DNA from: Planctomycetota bacterium
GTDB taxonomy: Bacteria > Planctomycetota > UBA8108 > SXIK01
Assembly (NCBI GenBank): GCA_965223845.1
Contig: CBDCXR010000004.1
Span: 7,040,001-7,104,000 of the forward strand
Direction of reading: 5' to 3'
Length of the DNA stretch: 64,000 bases
Positions 19,901-30,096 of the stretch are shown here, piece by piece (positions within the stretch are counted from its first letter, which is position 1; each line of letters opens with the position of its first letter). A program made the position numbers and the translations under genes. A model generated the notes under the pieces. It did no database searches, had not been told where the DNA came from, and saw nothing but the letters and a program-made list of their open reading frames with translations.

Positions 19901-20668
19901 ATGAAATTCCTCGCGATCGAGACCTCCAGTCGCCGTGGGAGCGTCGCGCTCTTTTCGGATCGAACCCTCGTCCGCGAGGACGTCTTCGAAGACGGACTCA
20001 GCTACGGGAGAGATCTCCCGCGTCAGGTCGAGGGCATGCTCGCCGCCGCCGGGCTCGCACTGGCGGATCTCGACGCGATCGCAGTGAGCGCCGGGCCCGG
20101 CTCCTACACGGGTACCCGGGTCGGGGTGACGACCGCGAAGACGCTCGGATTCGCTCTCGAGCGCCCGGTTGTCGCCGTCGACTCGCTCCGCGTCCTAGCG
20201 GCCGCGTTCGCCGACCCGTCGCCGACGGCACCGCTTCTCGTCGCGACCGTTCTCGATGGACGGCAGACGTTTCTCTACGGGGCGCTTCACGCGGTCGAAC
20301 CGGGCGGGGCGACGCAGGACGAGCCGCGCATCACCGAGAGACTGGCGACCCGCGTCGGGGACGCCGCGGAGGTCAGCGCGCGCATCGTCGCGAGTGCCGG
20401 CACCGACGCCCGAGCGCGGCTCGTCGTCGGCGACGGTACGAAGAAGTTCTTCGCCGCCGCGGAGGACGTAGCGGGATTTACGCCGGGGCCGCCGGAGGGC
20501 GACGTACCCTCTGCTCGCCATCTCGGACGGCTCGCGTTCGACGAGATCGAAGCCGCGCGCTGGGATCCCGAGCGGGTCCACGCGCTCGAGCCGCGCTATT
20601 TGCGCCCCACGGAGGCTGAGCGTAAGCTCTCTCTGCGTGAGTCCTCCGGCTCCGCCGCTGAGGAGTAG
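19901..20668 (+). CDS. tsaB: tRNA threonylcarbamoyladenosine biosynthesis protein TsaB
   Basis: MKFLAIETS, GPGSYTGTRVG, LEPRYLR; start revised to ATG 19901. Confidence 0.93.
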   Translation: MKFLAIETSSRRGSVALFSDRTLVREDVFEDGLSYGRDLPRQVEGMLAAAGLALADLDAIAVSAGPGSYTGTRVGVTTAKTLGFALERPVVAVDSLRVLAAAFADPSPTAPLLVATVLDGRQTFLYGALHAVEPGGATQDEPRITERLATRVGDAAEVSARIVASAGTDARARLVVGDGTKKFFAAAEDVAGFTPGPPEGDVPSARHLGRLAFDEIEAARWDPERVHALEPRYLRPTEAERKLSLRESSGSAAEE

Positions 20669-20694
20669 AGACCGATCGCAGAGGGGGACGAATC

Positions 20695-23600
20695 GTGATG
20701 GACACCGTCTCGCCGTTCGATCTAGAGGTGAGGCGTCGCCGAGGACGCTGTCGACGCCGACGGTCACGAGTCGCCTGGCGCCGCGCCGCGCTTTGGATCG
20801 CCTTCGTGCTCGTCTTGGGGGTCGGCGGGAACGTTTACTACGCACTCCGTCCGGGGTACGTCGATGGCCGCGTCCGATCCGCGATCGAAGACGCCCTGGG
20901 GCTCTCGGTGTCGTACGAATCGGTCGGGTGGAGCTTCGACGGCGGCGTCGAGGTTAGCGCGCTGGCGCTCCACGAACGAGGTGCGCAGAGCACGGGACTG
21001 CTCGAGGTCGAGACGGTTCGCGTCGTTCCGCGCCTCCTCCCACTAGCTGCCGGTCGATTCAGCGTCGCCGAGGTCGTGCTCGTCCGACCGGTCGTCTACG
21101 TCGAGCGCGCGTCCGATGGACGGTGGAATCTCGCCGCGCTCGGCGGCCGCTCGTCGGCGGGCGACGGCGAGGTCGCGGCCTTTCCCTCCGTCCGCATCGA
21201 AGCGGGCCGCGTTCGCTACCGGGACGAGCACTCCTTCGAGGAGCCCGTCGCGGACGAGCTCGACGATGTCTACGCCGTCGTCCGTCAGGACGAGCCCGAT
21301 TCCGCCACCCTGCGCGCCCGGTTCCGCGCGCCCGGCATCCGCCGCGTGGAGGTCGAAGGTACGGTCGAGCTCGCCGGCGGCGTGCTCACCGAAGCGCGCT
21401 GGCAGGTGCGTGCGGCGAAGGTGGATCTCGGAGTTCCGTTTCGCAAGTGGCTCCCGGAGTCCGCTCGCCGCGCGCTCGCGGAGCTCAAGCTGAGCGGGGC
21501 CGCCGACGTTCGCGGCGAGTTTCTCTACACCGACGAGGGCGGGGTGCGTCCTCTCCGCGCGACGGCACGCATCCGACGCTGCGACGTCAAGCACCCGCTC
21601 CTTCCGTTTCCCGTGCGCGGTCTCGGCGGCACGGCATCGATCCGAGGCGGCTTGATCGAGCTCCGCGATCTTCGCGGTCTCTGCGGCAGCGGGCAGATCG
21701 CCGCGAGTGCGTCGATCGAGGTGAGCGTACCGGAGTGGCGGCTCCTTCGGTGGAACGCGGACATCTCGTCGGTAGGGCTCTCGATCGACGGGCGGACGCG
21801 TGCGGTCCTGCCCGAAGGCGTTCAGCGCGTCTACGACCTCTACCATCCGCGGGGAATCGTCGACGCGACCGTGACCGTTGCCGACATCGCGCACTTCCCG
21901 CCCGCGCTCGCGGATCTGCGGGCGGTCGTTCAGCTTCGCGACGTCAACGCCGTCTACGCGAAGTTCCCCTACCCCGTCGAGAAGGTCCGCGGCGAAGTGC
22001 GACTCGAGAACGGCTGGATTCGAATCCCGCGCCCCCTCGTCGGGCGAGCCGGCCCGGCGAGGGTCGAAGCGATGGGTGCCGGTGCGGAGCTCACTCGAAA
22101 CGGGGCGATGGAGATCACCGTCAAGGCGTACGATGTTCCGTTCGACGAACGCTTTCGCGCGAGCCTGCCCGCGTCGTTTCATAGGATCTGGGACGATTTT
22201 CGCGCCCGTGGACGGGGCGACGCCGTGGTCGAGATCCGCCGCGAGGCCGAGCCGGACGCCGCCGGCGAATCGGCACCGGGGGAAGAGCCGCTGCCGCCGA
22301 GAGCTCCTCGAGTTCTCGTCACGGCCTATCCGCGCTCCTCGAGCATCGTCTACCGGGGGTTTCCGTACTCGATCGGCGACCTCACGGGCGAGATCCGCTA
22401 CGACACCGGTGCGAAGCTCCTCTCGTTCGTCGACCTCAAGGGCCGGCACGACGAGTACGTCATCACCGGGAACGGTGCCGTCGAGCTCAGCGGAGAGAAG
22501 CTCTTCAATCTCGAGCTTCACACCGATCGCATGCGCGTCGACGACGACTTGCGTGCTGCCATGTCCCCGGCCACGCGCACGCTTCTCGAGGACTTTCGCG
22601 TCGAAGCGGACGTCGCGATCGACGTCGCGATTCAGACGGCGAGCGACCGATCCCTCACGGTGACGACCGAGGTCGAGATCCTCTCCGCGTCGATGCGTCA
22701 CCAGCGGTTTCCGTACGACCTCGAGTTCTCCGGCGGCCGGCTCGAGATCGTCGGCGATCACACCCTGCGATTCCGCGACGTGCGGACGCCGGAGCGGTCC
22801 TCGCCGAAGCTCCGGTTCGGCGGAGAGATGACGACGGCGGGAACGCGGCGCACCCTCGGCTTCTCGGTCGACATCGAGAGATTCCGCTTCGACGATCGGC
22901 TCGTCGATGCGCTCCCCGCGCAGCTCGTCAATTTCGTCCGCGGCATGAAGCTCGGCGGGATCTACCGCGGGAAGATTCGGGGCAACTTCGAGTTCGACCA
23001 GCGCGATCCCGACTACGTCCGGATCAGCTACAGCGGCGAAGATATCGTCGCCGAGGACGCCGAGGCGAGCTTCGGGCTCAAGGTTCGCAACATCGGCGCA
23101 ACGGGGGCCTTCGTGGGGAAGAAGGAACCCGGTCGGCCGCACTCCCTCGTCGGACGCGTCGACGTCGCGAGCGCCTGGTTCAACCGCATCCACCTCACCG
23201 ATCTCGGGATTCACTTCGTGCTCGGCCGCGAGCACGAGCTGATCGCCGCCGCGCGGCGTGGAGAAGCCCAAGCCTACGAGCCCCCGCTGGCGTTTCTCGA
23301 GCGACTCCGTCCGGACGCGGTCGACGAGACCTATCAGGCGTACCTCACGTCGAAGAACGTGTACGGCGGAGACCTCGACGGATTCATCTACGTCGGAGTC
23401 GGCGATCGAAACGACATCGCCGGACATTTCGTCGCGAAGGACCTCGAGGTTGCAAAGGCCGCGCAAGACGTGTTTGGGGCCGAGGGCGCAGGCACGCGCG
23501 GCCTCGCTAGCGGTCACGTTGCATTCCGAGGCCGAAGCGGGGACGTGAACTCGATTCGGGGCAAAGGCCGCGGCACGATCCGCGAGGCCCGGCTCGTTCA

Positions 23601-24108
23601 GCTCCCCCTCTTTCTCGGCCTCATCGGTGTCCTTTTCGGCGACACCTCTGGCGGCCACTTTTTCCGGAGTGTCGACCTCAGCTACGACATTCGCGACGGC
23701 AAGTTCGACGCGGGGAGCGATGGCATCCACATCAATAGCGCCGGGATCAAGCTGCGCGGCGGCGGGACGATGGATTTCACCGGCAACCTCGATCTCACGC
23801 TCTTGCCGCGTCTCCTCAACGTCGAGATCATCGGCGTCGAGCAGCTCTTCAAGCTCATCAAGCACGGCACGGCGAAACTCTCCGTCACCGGTGACCTCGG
23901 CCGGCCGAAGGTCGATTTCGTCACGGGGCTCGGTGCCGTGCGGATCGGAATCGACACCTCGGGATCGGGAAAGAAGGGAAGCGTTCCCTTGCCGAGTGAT
24001 TTACGCGGCGGTGAAGAATCGGGTGGGGACGACGAGGGGGCGGACGACACGGGCAGCGAAGGCGAGACGAGCGACGAGCCGCCGGCGCCGCAGTCTCCCT
24101 CGCCTTGA
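20695..24108 (+). CDS. AsmA/TamB-like large beta-rich periplasmic protein
   Basis: N-terminal TM anchor, RPVVYVER..GRWN, repeated FPYPV/FPYSI beta units, AsmA-like C-terminus (GGGTMDFTGNLDL, VTGDLGRPKV). Confidence 0.7.
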   Translation: MMDTVSPFDLEVRRRRGRCRRRRSRVAWRRAALWIAFVLVLGVGGNVYYALRPGYVDGRVRSAIEDALGLSVSYESVGWSFDGGVEVSALALHERGAQSTGLLEVETVRVVPRLLPLAAGRFSVAEVVLVRPVVYVERASDGRWNLAALGGRSSAGDGEVAAFPSVRIEAGRVRYRDEHSFEEPVADELDDVYAVVRQDEPDSATLRARFRAPGIRRVEVEGTVELAGGVLTEARWQVRAAKVDLGVPFRKWLPESARRALAELKLSGAADVRGEFLYTDEGGVRPLRATARIRRCDVKHPLLPFPVRGLGGTASIRGGLIELRDLRGLCGSGQIAASASIEVSVPEWRLLRWNADISSVGLSIDGRTRAVLPEGVQRVYDLYHPRGIVDATVTVADIAHFPPALADLRAVVQLRDVNAVYAKFPYPVEKVRGEVRLENGWIRIPRPLVGRAGPARVEAMGAGAELTRNGAMEITVKAYDVPFDERFRASLPASFHRIWDDFRARGRGDAVVEIRREAEPDAAGESAPGEEPLPPRAPRVLVTAYPRSSSIVYRGFPYSIGDLTGEIRYDTGAKLLSFVDLKGRHDEYVITGNGAVELSGEKLFNLELHTDRMRVDDDLRAAMSPATRTLLEDFRVEADVAIDVAIQTASDRSLTVTTEVEILSASMRHQRFPYDLEFSGGRLEIVGDHTLRFRDVRTPERSSPKLRFGGEMTTAGTRRTLGFSVDIERFRFDDRLVDALPAQLVNFVRGMKLGGIYRGKIRGNFEFDQRDPDYVRISYSGEDIVAEDAEASFGLKVRNIGATGAFVGKKEPGRPHSLVGRVDVASAWFNRIHLTDLGIHFVLGREHELIAAARRGEAQAYEPPLAFLERLRPDAVDETYQAYLTSKNVYGGDLDGFIYVGVGDRNDIAGHFVAKDLEVAKAAQDVFGAEGAGTRGLASGHVAFRGRSGDVNSIRGKGRGTIREARLVQLPLFLGLIGVLFGDTSGGHFFRSVDLSYDIRDGKFDAGSDGIHINSAGIKLRGGGTMDFTGNLDLTLLPRLLNVEIIGVEQLFKLIKHGTAKLSVTGDLGRPKVDFVTGLGAVRIGIDTSGSGKKGSVPLPSDLRGGEESGGDDEGADDTGSEGETSDEPPAPQSPSP

Positions 24109-24181
24109 TCCGATCCGTTTTCGCCCGAGCGGACTTCAGGTCTCTGCGGCCGCGGCGGCGGCGCGCCGCGAGCTCCGAGGC

Positions 24182-25288
24182 TTAGGAACGGCGCGTTCCC
24201 GCCGAGCCCGTCGCCTTTCCTGCTGTGAGCGCGGCGCGCACTTTGAGGGCGAGCGACGAGACGGCCACCGCCGAGCCGAGCTCCGAGAGCCGCGCCCAGC
24301 GGAGCTCGGGGCGGCGGCGCGTCTCGAACCGACCCGCGGCGTCGACGACGTGCGAGTGAAGCGTGATGCGGCGGTACGTGATGCTGTGCCGGATCGGCGG
24401 AAGCGTCGCGGCGAGCGCGACCCGGGTGTCGAGAGACGCATCGAGCGCTTCGAGGAGTGCGTCGACGCCGTTCCCGACGACGAACGGAAACATCCAGATT
24501 CCTTCGAGGAATCCGCGCCCGGACGTTCGCTCGAGAAGATAGCGCGCGCCGCGGCGGAGGATCGCGCAGTGGAGAATGACCGGTACGGGCGCTTCGCGCG
24601 CGGTGGTTTCCGGAAAGACCTCAGTCGCGTCGAGCGCGTGCGCGCGACAGTACGAGCGAACCGGGCAGCTCGCGCAATCCGGCGCGCGCGGTGTACACGT
24701 CGTCGCGCCGAGTTCCATGAGGGCCTGGTTGAAGTCGCCGCACGACGCGCGCGGGAGGAGGTCCGCCGCGATCGCTCGCAGACGCTTTGCGAGAGCCCCG
24801 CGCTTCGGATCTCCGGGGAGTGCGTGGAGTCGAGTGAGAACGCGCTCGACGTTGCCGTCGACCACGGGGACGCGTTTCCCGTAGGCGATGCTGAGAATGG
24901 CGCCGGCGGTGTACGGACCGACTCCCGGAACGTCGAGCGCGTCCGCGAACTCGCGCGGGAACTCACCGCTCCAGCGGTCGCGTACGAACTTCGCTCCCGC
25001 GAGGAGAGAGCGCGCGCGACGGTAGTACCCGAGCCCAGACCAGAGCGTGAGCACGTCATCCTCCGGCGCTCGCGCGAGGGCGTCGACCGTCGGGAATCGC
25101 TCGAGGAATCGTTCGAAGTAGGGGATGACGACGTCGACGCGCGTCTGCTGGAGCATGATCTCCGACACCCACACCCGGTACGGGGTCGGTCGCCGTCGCC
25201 ACGGGAGGTCACGGCGACGCGCGGCGTACCAGCGAAGGAGCTCGGAACTGAAGCGAGCCGGTGAGATCTTGCTCGAACGGGAGACCAT
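24182..25288 (-). CDS. mutY: A/G-specific adenine glycosylase
   Basis: RDLPWR, VSEIMLQQT, WSGLGYYRRA, PGVGPYTAGA, VDGNV, Fe-S CTPRAPDCASCPVRSYC. Confidence 0.96.
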   Translation of the reverse strand: MVSRSSKISPARFSSELLRWYAARRRDLPWRRRPTPYRVWVSEIMLQQTRVDVVIPYFERFLERFPTVDALARAPEDDVLTLWSGLGYYRRARSLLAGAKFVRDRWSGEFPREFADALDVPGVGPYTAGAILSIAYGKRVPVVDGNVERVLTRLHALPGDPKRGALAKRLRAIAADLLPRASCGDFNQALMELGATTCTPRAPDCASCPVRSYCRAHALDATEVFPETTAREAPVPVILHCAILRRGARYLLERTSGRGFLEGIWMFPFVVGNGVDALLEALDASLDTRVALAATLPPIRHSITYRRITLHSHVVDAAGRFETRRRPELRWARLSELGSAVAVSSLALKVRAALTAGKATGSAGTRRS

Positions 25289-25390
25289 CGCGAACGAATC
25301 CTTCGAGGCATGGGGTATACTACCGCGCTCTCCTCGCCGTCAACGGGGCGCTCTCCCCGTTCTCTTTTTGCGCGGTGCTCTCGCTTCGAC

Positions 25391-26284
25391 ATGACTCGCG
25401 CCTGCGATTTCTTCACGGACGCTGTTCAAGCGTTTCGAAAGTCCGACGTCCCGGCAGCGACGACGCTTCTCCGTCAAGGCTTCTTCGCCAACCTCTACGT
25501 CGCTCCGCTCCTCCAGGGTGAGGAGTTTTATCCACAGGAGATTTGGTATCCGGGCGCGGAAGCGGAGCCGCGCGCGGCGCGGGAGTACGTCGGACGCTAC
25601 GCGCGGCTGTGGGAGCAGAATCCGGCGGCGATCGAGTTCCTGCGCGTGATCTGGAACGACCCCCTCGTGCGCGCCGAGCTGCGCAGCTTTCTCAGCGTCT
25701 CGAAGAATCTTCTTCACGCGACGAGCCAGGCGCAGCACCGGGACTTTCTCGCCGAGCGCGAACGTTTCCTCAATCCCGAGCGCATCAAGCGCACGCAGCA
25801 GGAGATTCTCGATCGACTCGACCGACTCGGCATCCAGGTGCCGCTTCCGCCGGCCCGGATGCGGCTCATCGCGCTCGCGTCGCGCGATCCCGCGCGCTCG
25901 CTGGAGTTCTATCGCGACCTTCTCGGAGTCGAGCCGAGATCGGTTCATGAAGTCGGCGGCGGCTACGTCGAGTTCGAGTTCGACGGCGTTCACCTGGCGA
26001 TCCACGGCTACGATCGCGTCGGCCGCGGCGATCCGTACGGACTCGGACCACCGCCGGAGTCCCTCGGCTGGGGCGCCGTGTTCGTGATCGGTGTGTCTGA
26101 CGTCGAGAGGTACTACGAGAGTGCGCGTGAGAAGGGGATCGCGATCGTCGACAGCTCGTTTGACGTGCCGCCCGACGGCGGGGCGGACGAGGTGAACGGT
26201 CGCTTTTTCGTCGTCCGCGATCCGTCGGGCTACCTCATCGAGATCACCGAAGACGACGCGAGCGGCTTTGCTTCCGGACGCTGA
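25391..26284 (+). CDS. two-domain protein: helical N-terminus plus C-terminal VOC/glyoxalase domain
   Basis: RDPARSLEFYRDLLG...FFVVRDPSGYLIEI are VOC signatures; start uncertain (25310 or 25391). Confidence 0.75.
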   Translation: MTRACDFFTDAVQAFRKSDVPAATTLLRQGFFANLYVAPLLQGEEFYPQEIWYPGAEAEPRAAREYVGRYARLWEQNPAAIEFLRVIWNDPLVRAELRSFLSVSKNLLHATSQAQHRDFLAERERFLNPERIKRTQQEILDRLDRLGIQVPLPPARMRLIALASRDPARSLEFYRDLLGVEPRSVHEVGGGYVEFEFDGVHLAIHGYDRVGRGDPYGLGPPPESLGWGAVFVIGVSDVERYYESAREKGIAIVDSSFDVPPDGGADEVNGRFFVVRDPSGYLIEITEDDASGFASGR

Positions 26285-26525
26285 ATCGGCGGCGGGTGTC
26301 GGCTCCCCGGCGACCGCCCGGATCGGGAAGAATCTGGTCCTCAAGCCGGGAACACTCTCGTTAGAATAACTGCGTAGAGTAGACTCGAGGCAGAGATGGA
26401 GAACGCAGCCGCCGCGACCGAGCACGTCTAGTCGATGTGCTCGATGCGTGTAGCCGAGCACGCGTTCGAATCCGATTCGCCCTCCAAGGCTTTGGTCGAT
26501 CAGAATCTCCCGGAGCTCCAGCGTC

Positions 26526-28376
26526 ATGCACTTCTCGGTTCGAGCCGTCGGCTTTCTTCTTGTCGGATGCGCACTGCTCACTCCCGTCTCCGTTGCGACG
26601 GCGGAGACGTTAGGGCAGCTGTTCGCTCAGTATCAGGCCGCGAAGGCCAAGGTCGGCGGCACTCCTGACCAGCGCCGCGACAAGGCGAACAAGGGTGTCG
26701 CGCCGATCGTCCGCAAGATCGCGGCCGTCGACTCGGATGAGGCGGCGGCGTTCCTCGCGCGTGAAATGAACGACGCGGTGCCCGAGATCGGTGCCTTCTG
26801 CGCGCAGTCGCTCGTCCGAATGAAGAACGAGCGCGGTCTCTCGCTCGCCATGCGCGGTCTCGGGAAACGACACGCGACGGTGGTGTCTGCGGTGCTCGAA
26901 GCGCTCGCGACGATCGACCGGAAGCGTCTCGAGTCGAGTGAGCCGGCTTTGCTCCAGTTCGCGTCGTCGGCGCGGGCCCCCGACGTCCGTCGGCGCCTTC
27001 CGCCGGTGATCGTCCGGCTCGAATCGGCGGCGGCCGCTGGAGTCTTGCTGAAGGGCGTCGGCGCCGGGTCGAAGTCGGGCGAGTACAATCGCGCGGTCGC
27101 GGCGGCTCTCGGCAGCTCGAAGTCGGCGGAGATTCGCGAGTGGCTCCTCAACGCGGCCTTCGCGTCCGCGGCGAAGTCGCCGGCGAAGCTCGAGGTACTG
27201 TGCTCGGTCGCCGGGAAGCAGAAACTCACGGACGCGCGGGCGGATCTCGAGGAGTGCGTGCGGAACCGCTCGGCCGACGTGAGCGCGGCGGCGCTCGACG
27301 CGCTCGTGGCGATCGGAGTCGACGCGTCGGTCGACGCGATTTCCGCCGCCCTCGCGAAGCGAAAGGGGAAGAAGCACTTCGACTTCCGCGTCGCCGCGCT
27401 CGATGCCCTCGCCGCGAGTGGTTCGGATCGAGCGGCGAAGCTCATCGCCGAGTATCTCGACGACCGAGACGAAGAGACGCGCGCGGTCGCCGCAGGCAGT
27501 CTCGGCGTGATGAAAGCGAACGAGGCGGCGGTGGCGGCGCTGGCGCGCGGGCTCGGAGACAAGAGCGCGATGGTGCGAAACTCCGCGCTCAACGCGATGC
27601 GGACGATTCGCAATAAGCAGCTCGTCGGACCTTTGATTGCGTATCTCGGAGGCAAGGACGACGAGAGCCGCAAAGTGAAGGCCCTTCAGGCGCTCATCAA
27701 CATCACGCACCAAAACATGGGCCTCGTCGCCGCCGATTGGGAGAAGTGGTGGAAGTTCGCAGAGAAGAGTTTCGAGCTGCCGAAGGGAGAGAAAGCGTTC
27801 ACATCGGTGAAGGCCTACGACCTCTCGTACTTCGGCATCGAAGTGTCGTCGACGCGTATGACCTTCATCGTCGATATTTCGAGCAGCATGAAGCAAGCCG
27901 TTCCCGTCCAGACGAAGAGCTCGAAGAAGAGCGTGCCGAAGATCGACGTGCTCAAGAAGGAGCTCGAGCGCGTCGTTTCGAAGCTCCCAGCCGATGCGCA
28001 GATCAACATCGTGAAGTTCGACGCAAATTTCCGATCGTGGCAGAAGAAGCTGCAACCCCTAGCCGGCCGCGGCCGGAAGAAGGCCGTCGACTACATTCGC
28101 TCGATCACCACCGGTGCGGGCACGAACGTGTACGACAGCCTCGAGTCGGCGCTCAAGGACCAGCGCGTCGATACGATCTATCTGCTCACCGACGGGAATC
28201 CGACGCGAGGTCGCTACCAAGCGACGCCCGACATCCTGCGCGAGATTCGGAAGATCAACCGCGTCCGCTCGGCGACGATTCACTGTATCGCCTTCGGAGC
28301 GGAGTCCGACCTGCTCAAGCAGCTCGCGAAGCAAAATGGTGGGAAGTACCGGTTCGTCGACAAGATGGCGAATTAG
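26526..28376 (+). CDS. secreted HEAT-repeat protein with C-terminal vWA domain
   Basis: Signal peptide; HEAT-like repeats (DEETRAVAAGSLG, SAMVRNSALNAM); MIDAS DISSSM, LLTDGNP, IHCIAFG. Confidence 0.85.
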   Translation: MHFSVRAVGFLLVGCALLTPVSVATAETLGQLFAQYQAAKAKVGGTPDQRRDKANKGVAPIVRKIAAVDSDEAAAFLAREMNDAVPEIGAFCAQSLVRMKNERGLSLAMRGLGKRHATVVSAVLEALATIDRKRLESSEPALLQFASSARAPDVRRRLPPVIVRLESAAAAGVLLKGVGAGSKSGEYNRAVAAALGSSKSAEIREWLLNAAFASAAKSPAKLEVLCSVAGKQKLTDARADLEECVRNRSADVSAAALDALVAIGVDASVDAISAALAKRKGKKHFDFRVAALDALAASGSDRAAKLIAEYLDDRDEETRAVAAGSLGVMKANEAAVAALARGLGDKSAMVRNSALNAMRTIRNKQLVGPLIAYLGGKDDESRKVKALQALINITHQNMGLVAADWEKWWKFAEKSFELPKGEKAFTSVKAYDLSYFGIEVSSTRMTFIVDISSSMKQAVPVQTKSSKKSVPKIDVLKKELERVVSKLPADAQINIVKFDANFRSWQKKLQPLAGRGRKKAVDYIRSITTGAGTNVYDSLESALKDQRVDTIYLLTDGNPTRGRYQATPDILREIRKINRVRSATIHCIAFGAESDLLKQLAKQNGGKYRFVDKMAN

Positions 28377-28599
28377 GCGATCCGTGCTCGTCGATCCGCG
28401 AGAGTAGCGTTCGGGTGCTCGAGTCGCTGCGCGAGGAGATTCATGCGAGCGAATTCGCTCGCGTCTCGATGCGAAACCCGAGGGTGCAGCGGCGAGCCGC
28501 CTCCGCCGATCGACTTCGCGGCAGGCGCCGCCACTCCGACCGTCGCGGAGGGTCGACCCGACTCGTCCGTGACCACGAATAGAAACCGAGGAGGAATCG

Positions 28600-29898
28600 G
28601 TGAGCGTGTTTTCTGAGGTTCCGCTGCCGCGAATGGTGCCGGTCCGGCAGACCTTTCCCCGTCCGCGCGTCGATGATGCACCGGCGGCGGTTCGCGCCGA
28701 GGTCGATCGAGTTCTCGCGAGCACCGATCTTCCGGCGGGTGCGGAGATCGCGGTCACCGCGGGTAGCCGCGGGATCACGAACATCGCGGCGATCACTCGC
28801 GCGGCGGTCGAAGCCTTTAAGTCTCGTGGCTATCGCCCGTTCATCATCCCCGCGATGGGGAGTCACGGCGGCGCGACCGGCGAGGCGCAGCGTGCGCTGA
28901 TCGCTCACTACGGGATCACCGAAGAGAGCATGGGGGTCGAGATACGCCACGAGATGGCGACGCGCAGCCTCGGGCGGACGCCCGAAGGAGTCGATGTTCG
29001 GCTCGCGGAGACCGCGTACGCGGCCGACGGAATCCTCCTTCTCAATCGAGTGAAGCCCCACACCGATTTCAAAGGGCCGATCGAGAGCGGACTCGCGAAG
29101 ATTTGTGCGATCGGACTCGGCAAGTACGACGGCGCGCAGGAGTACCACAAGCAGATCTTCGACATCGGACTCGGCGCTGCGATCCGAGCGGCGGCGAGCC
29201 GCGTGCTGGGGACTGGGAAGATCATCGGCGGCGTCGCGATCCTCGAGAACGGCTACCACGAGACCGCGCGGATCGCCGGTGTTCCCGCCGCCGATCTACT
29301 CGCCTCCGAAGAGAAGCTGCTCGAAGAGGCGCGCGGTCTGATGCCGTCGCTTCCGATCAGCGAGCTCGACGTTCTTCTCTGCGATCGCATGGGTAAGAAC
29401 ATCTCCGGAGCGGGTCTCGACACGAATATCACCGGTCGCGGCGTGTACGGTTACGTGCAGGGTCAGCCCTGGCACGAGGGGATGTGTGGGATTTACCGCA
29501 TCGTGGTCCGCGACCTCTCCGAGGAGAGCGACGGCAACGGGGTCGGCATGGGCTCGGTCGACTTCGCGACGCGGCGTTTCGCCGATCGTCTCGACCACCA
29601 CGTCACGATGCTGAATGCGATCACCGCGTGCGCGCCGGGAAACGCACGGACGCCGGTCATCCTCGAGACGGATCGTGAGGCGCTCGGCGCGGCGATCAAG
29701 TCGTGCCAGCGGCGCGAGAACGGTCCACTCGTCGCTTACGTTCGCGACACGCTTGAGCTCGAAAACCTGCATCTCTCCGAAGCGTGTCTGCCGCTCGTGA
29801 GGGGGCGCGAGTCCCTCGAGATCCTCGGCGAGCCGACCGAGTTCCCCTTCGACGCATCCGGTAACCTCGTCTCGCCGTTCGCCGTCACCGCGCACTGA
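28600..29898 (+). CDS. DUF362/lactate-racemase-N-like (LarA-related) protein
   Basis: GSRGI, PAMGSHGGAT, NRVKPHT.F..ESGL.K..IGLGK, GKNISGAGLD; RBS GAGGAGG before GTG. Confidence 0.75.
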   Translation: MSVFSEVPLPRMVPVRQTFPRPRVDDAPAAVRAEVDRVLASTDLPAGAEIAVTAGSRGITNIAAITRAAVEAFKSRGYRPFIIPAMGSHGGATGEAQRALIAHYGITEESMGVEIRHEMATRSLGRTPEGVDVRLAETAYAADGILLLNRVKPHTDFKGPIESGLAKICAIGLGKYDGAQEYHKQIFDIGLGAAIRAAASRVLGTGKIIGGVAILENGYHETARIAGVPAADLLASEEKLLEEARGLMPSLPISELDVLLCDRMGKNISGAGLDTNITGRGVYGYVQGQPWHEGMCGIYRIVVRDLSEESDGNGVGMGSVDFATRRFADRLDHHVTMLNAITACAPGNARTPVILETDREALGAAIKSCQRRENGPLVAYVRDTLELENLHLSEACLPLVRGRESLEILGEPTEFPFDASGNLVSPFAVTAH

Positions 29899-30096
29899 CG
29901 CGAGGATCGTCCCGGTCCCCGGTCCGCGATTCGCGGCGGGTTCACGTGACCGCGACGCCGATCCCGTCGACTCTCGATCAAGGGATCATCGCGCCCCGGT
30001 CGATGAAGGAAGCACGGTAGCCCGAGGGCGCTCGTCCGTCGCGTCGAGCGTTCCGTAGCCTCACTCCCGGCGGTTCCCGGTGCGGCGGAGAGACGT

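Noticed and set aside
21043-23865. 940-aa antisense ORF, and similar ones at 3643..5445, 10928..12643, 12878..14170 and 60190..62028
   Set aside because: They shadow well-supported genes on the opposite strand, as expected from GC-rich codon bias, and contain no recognisable motifs.
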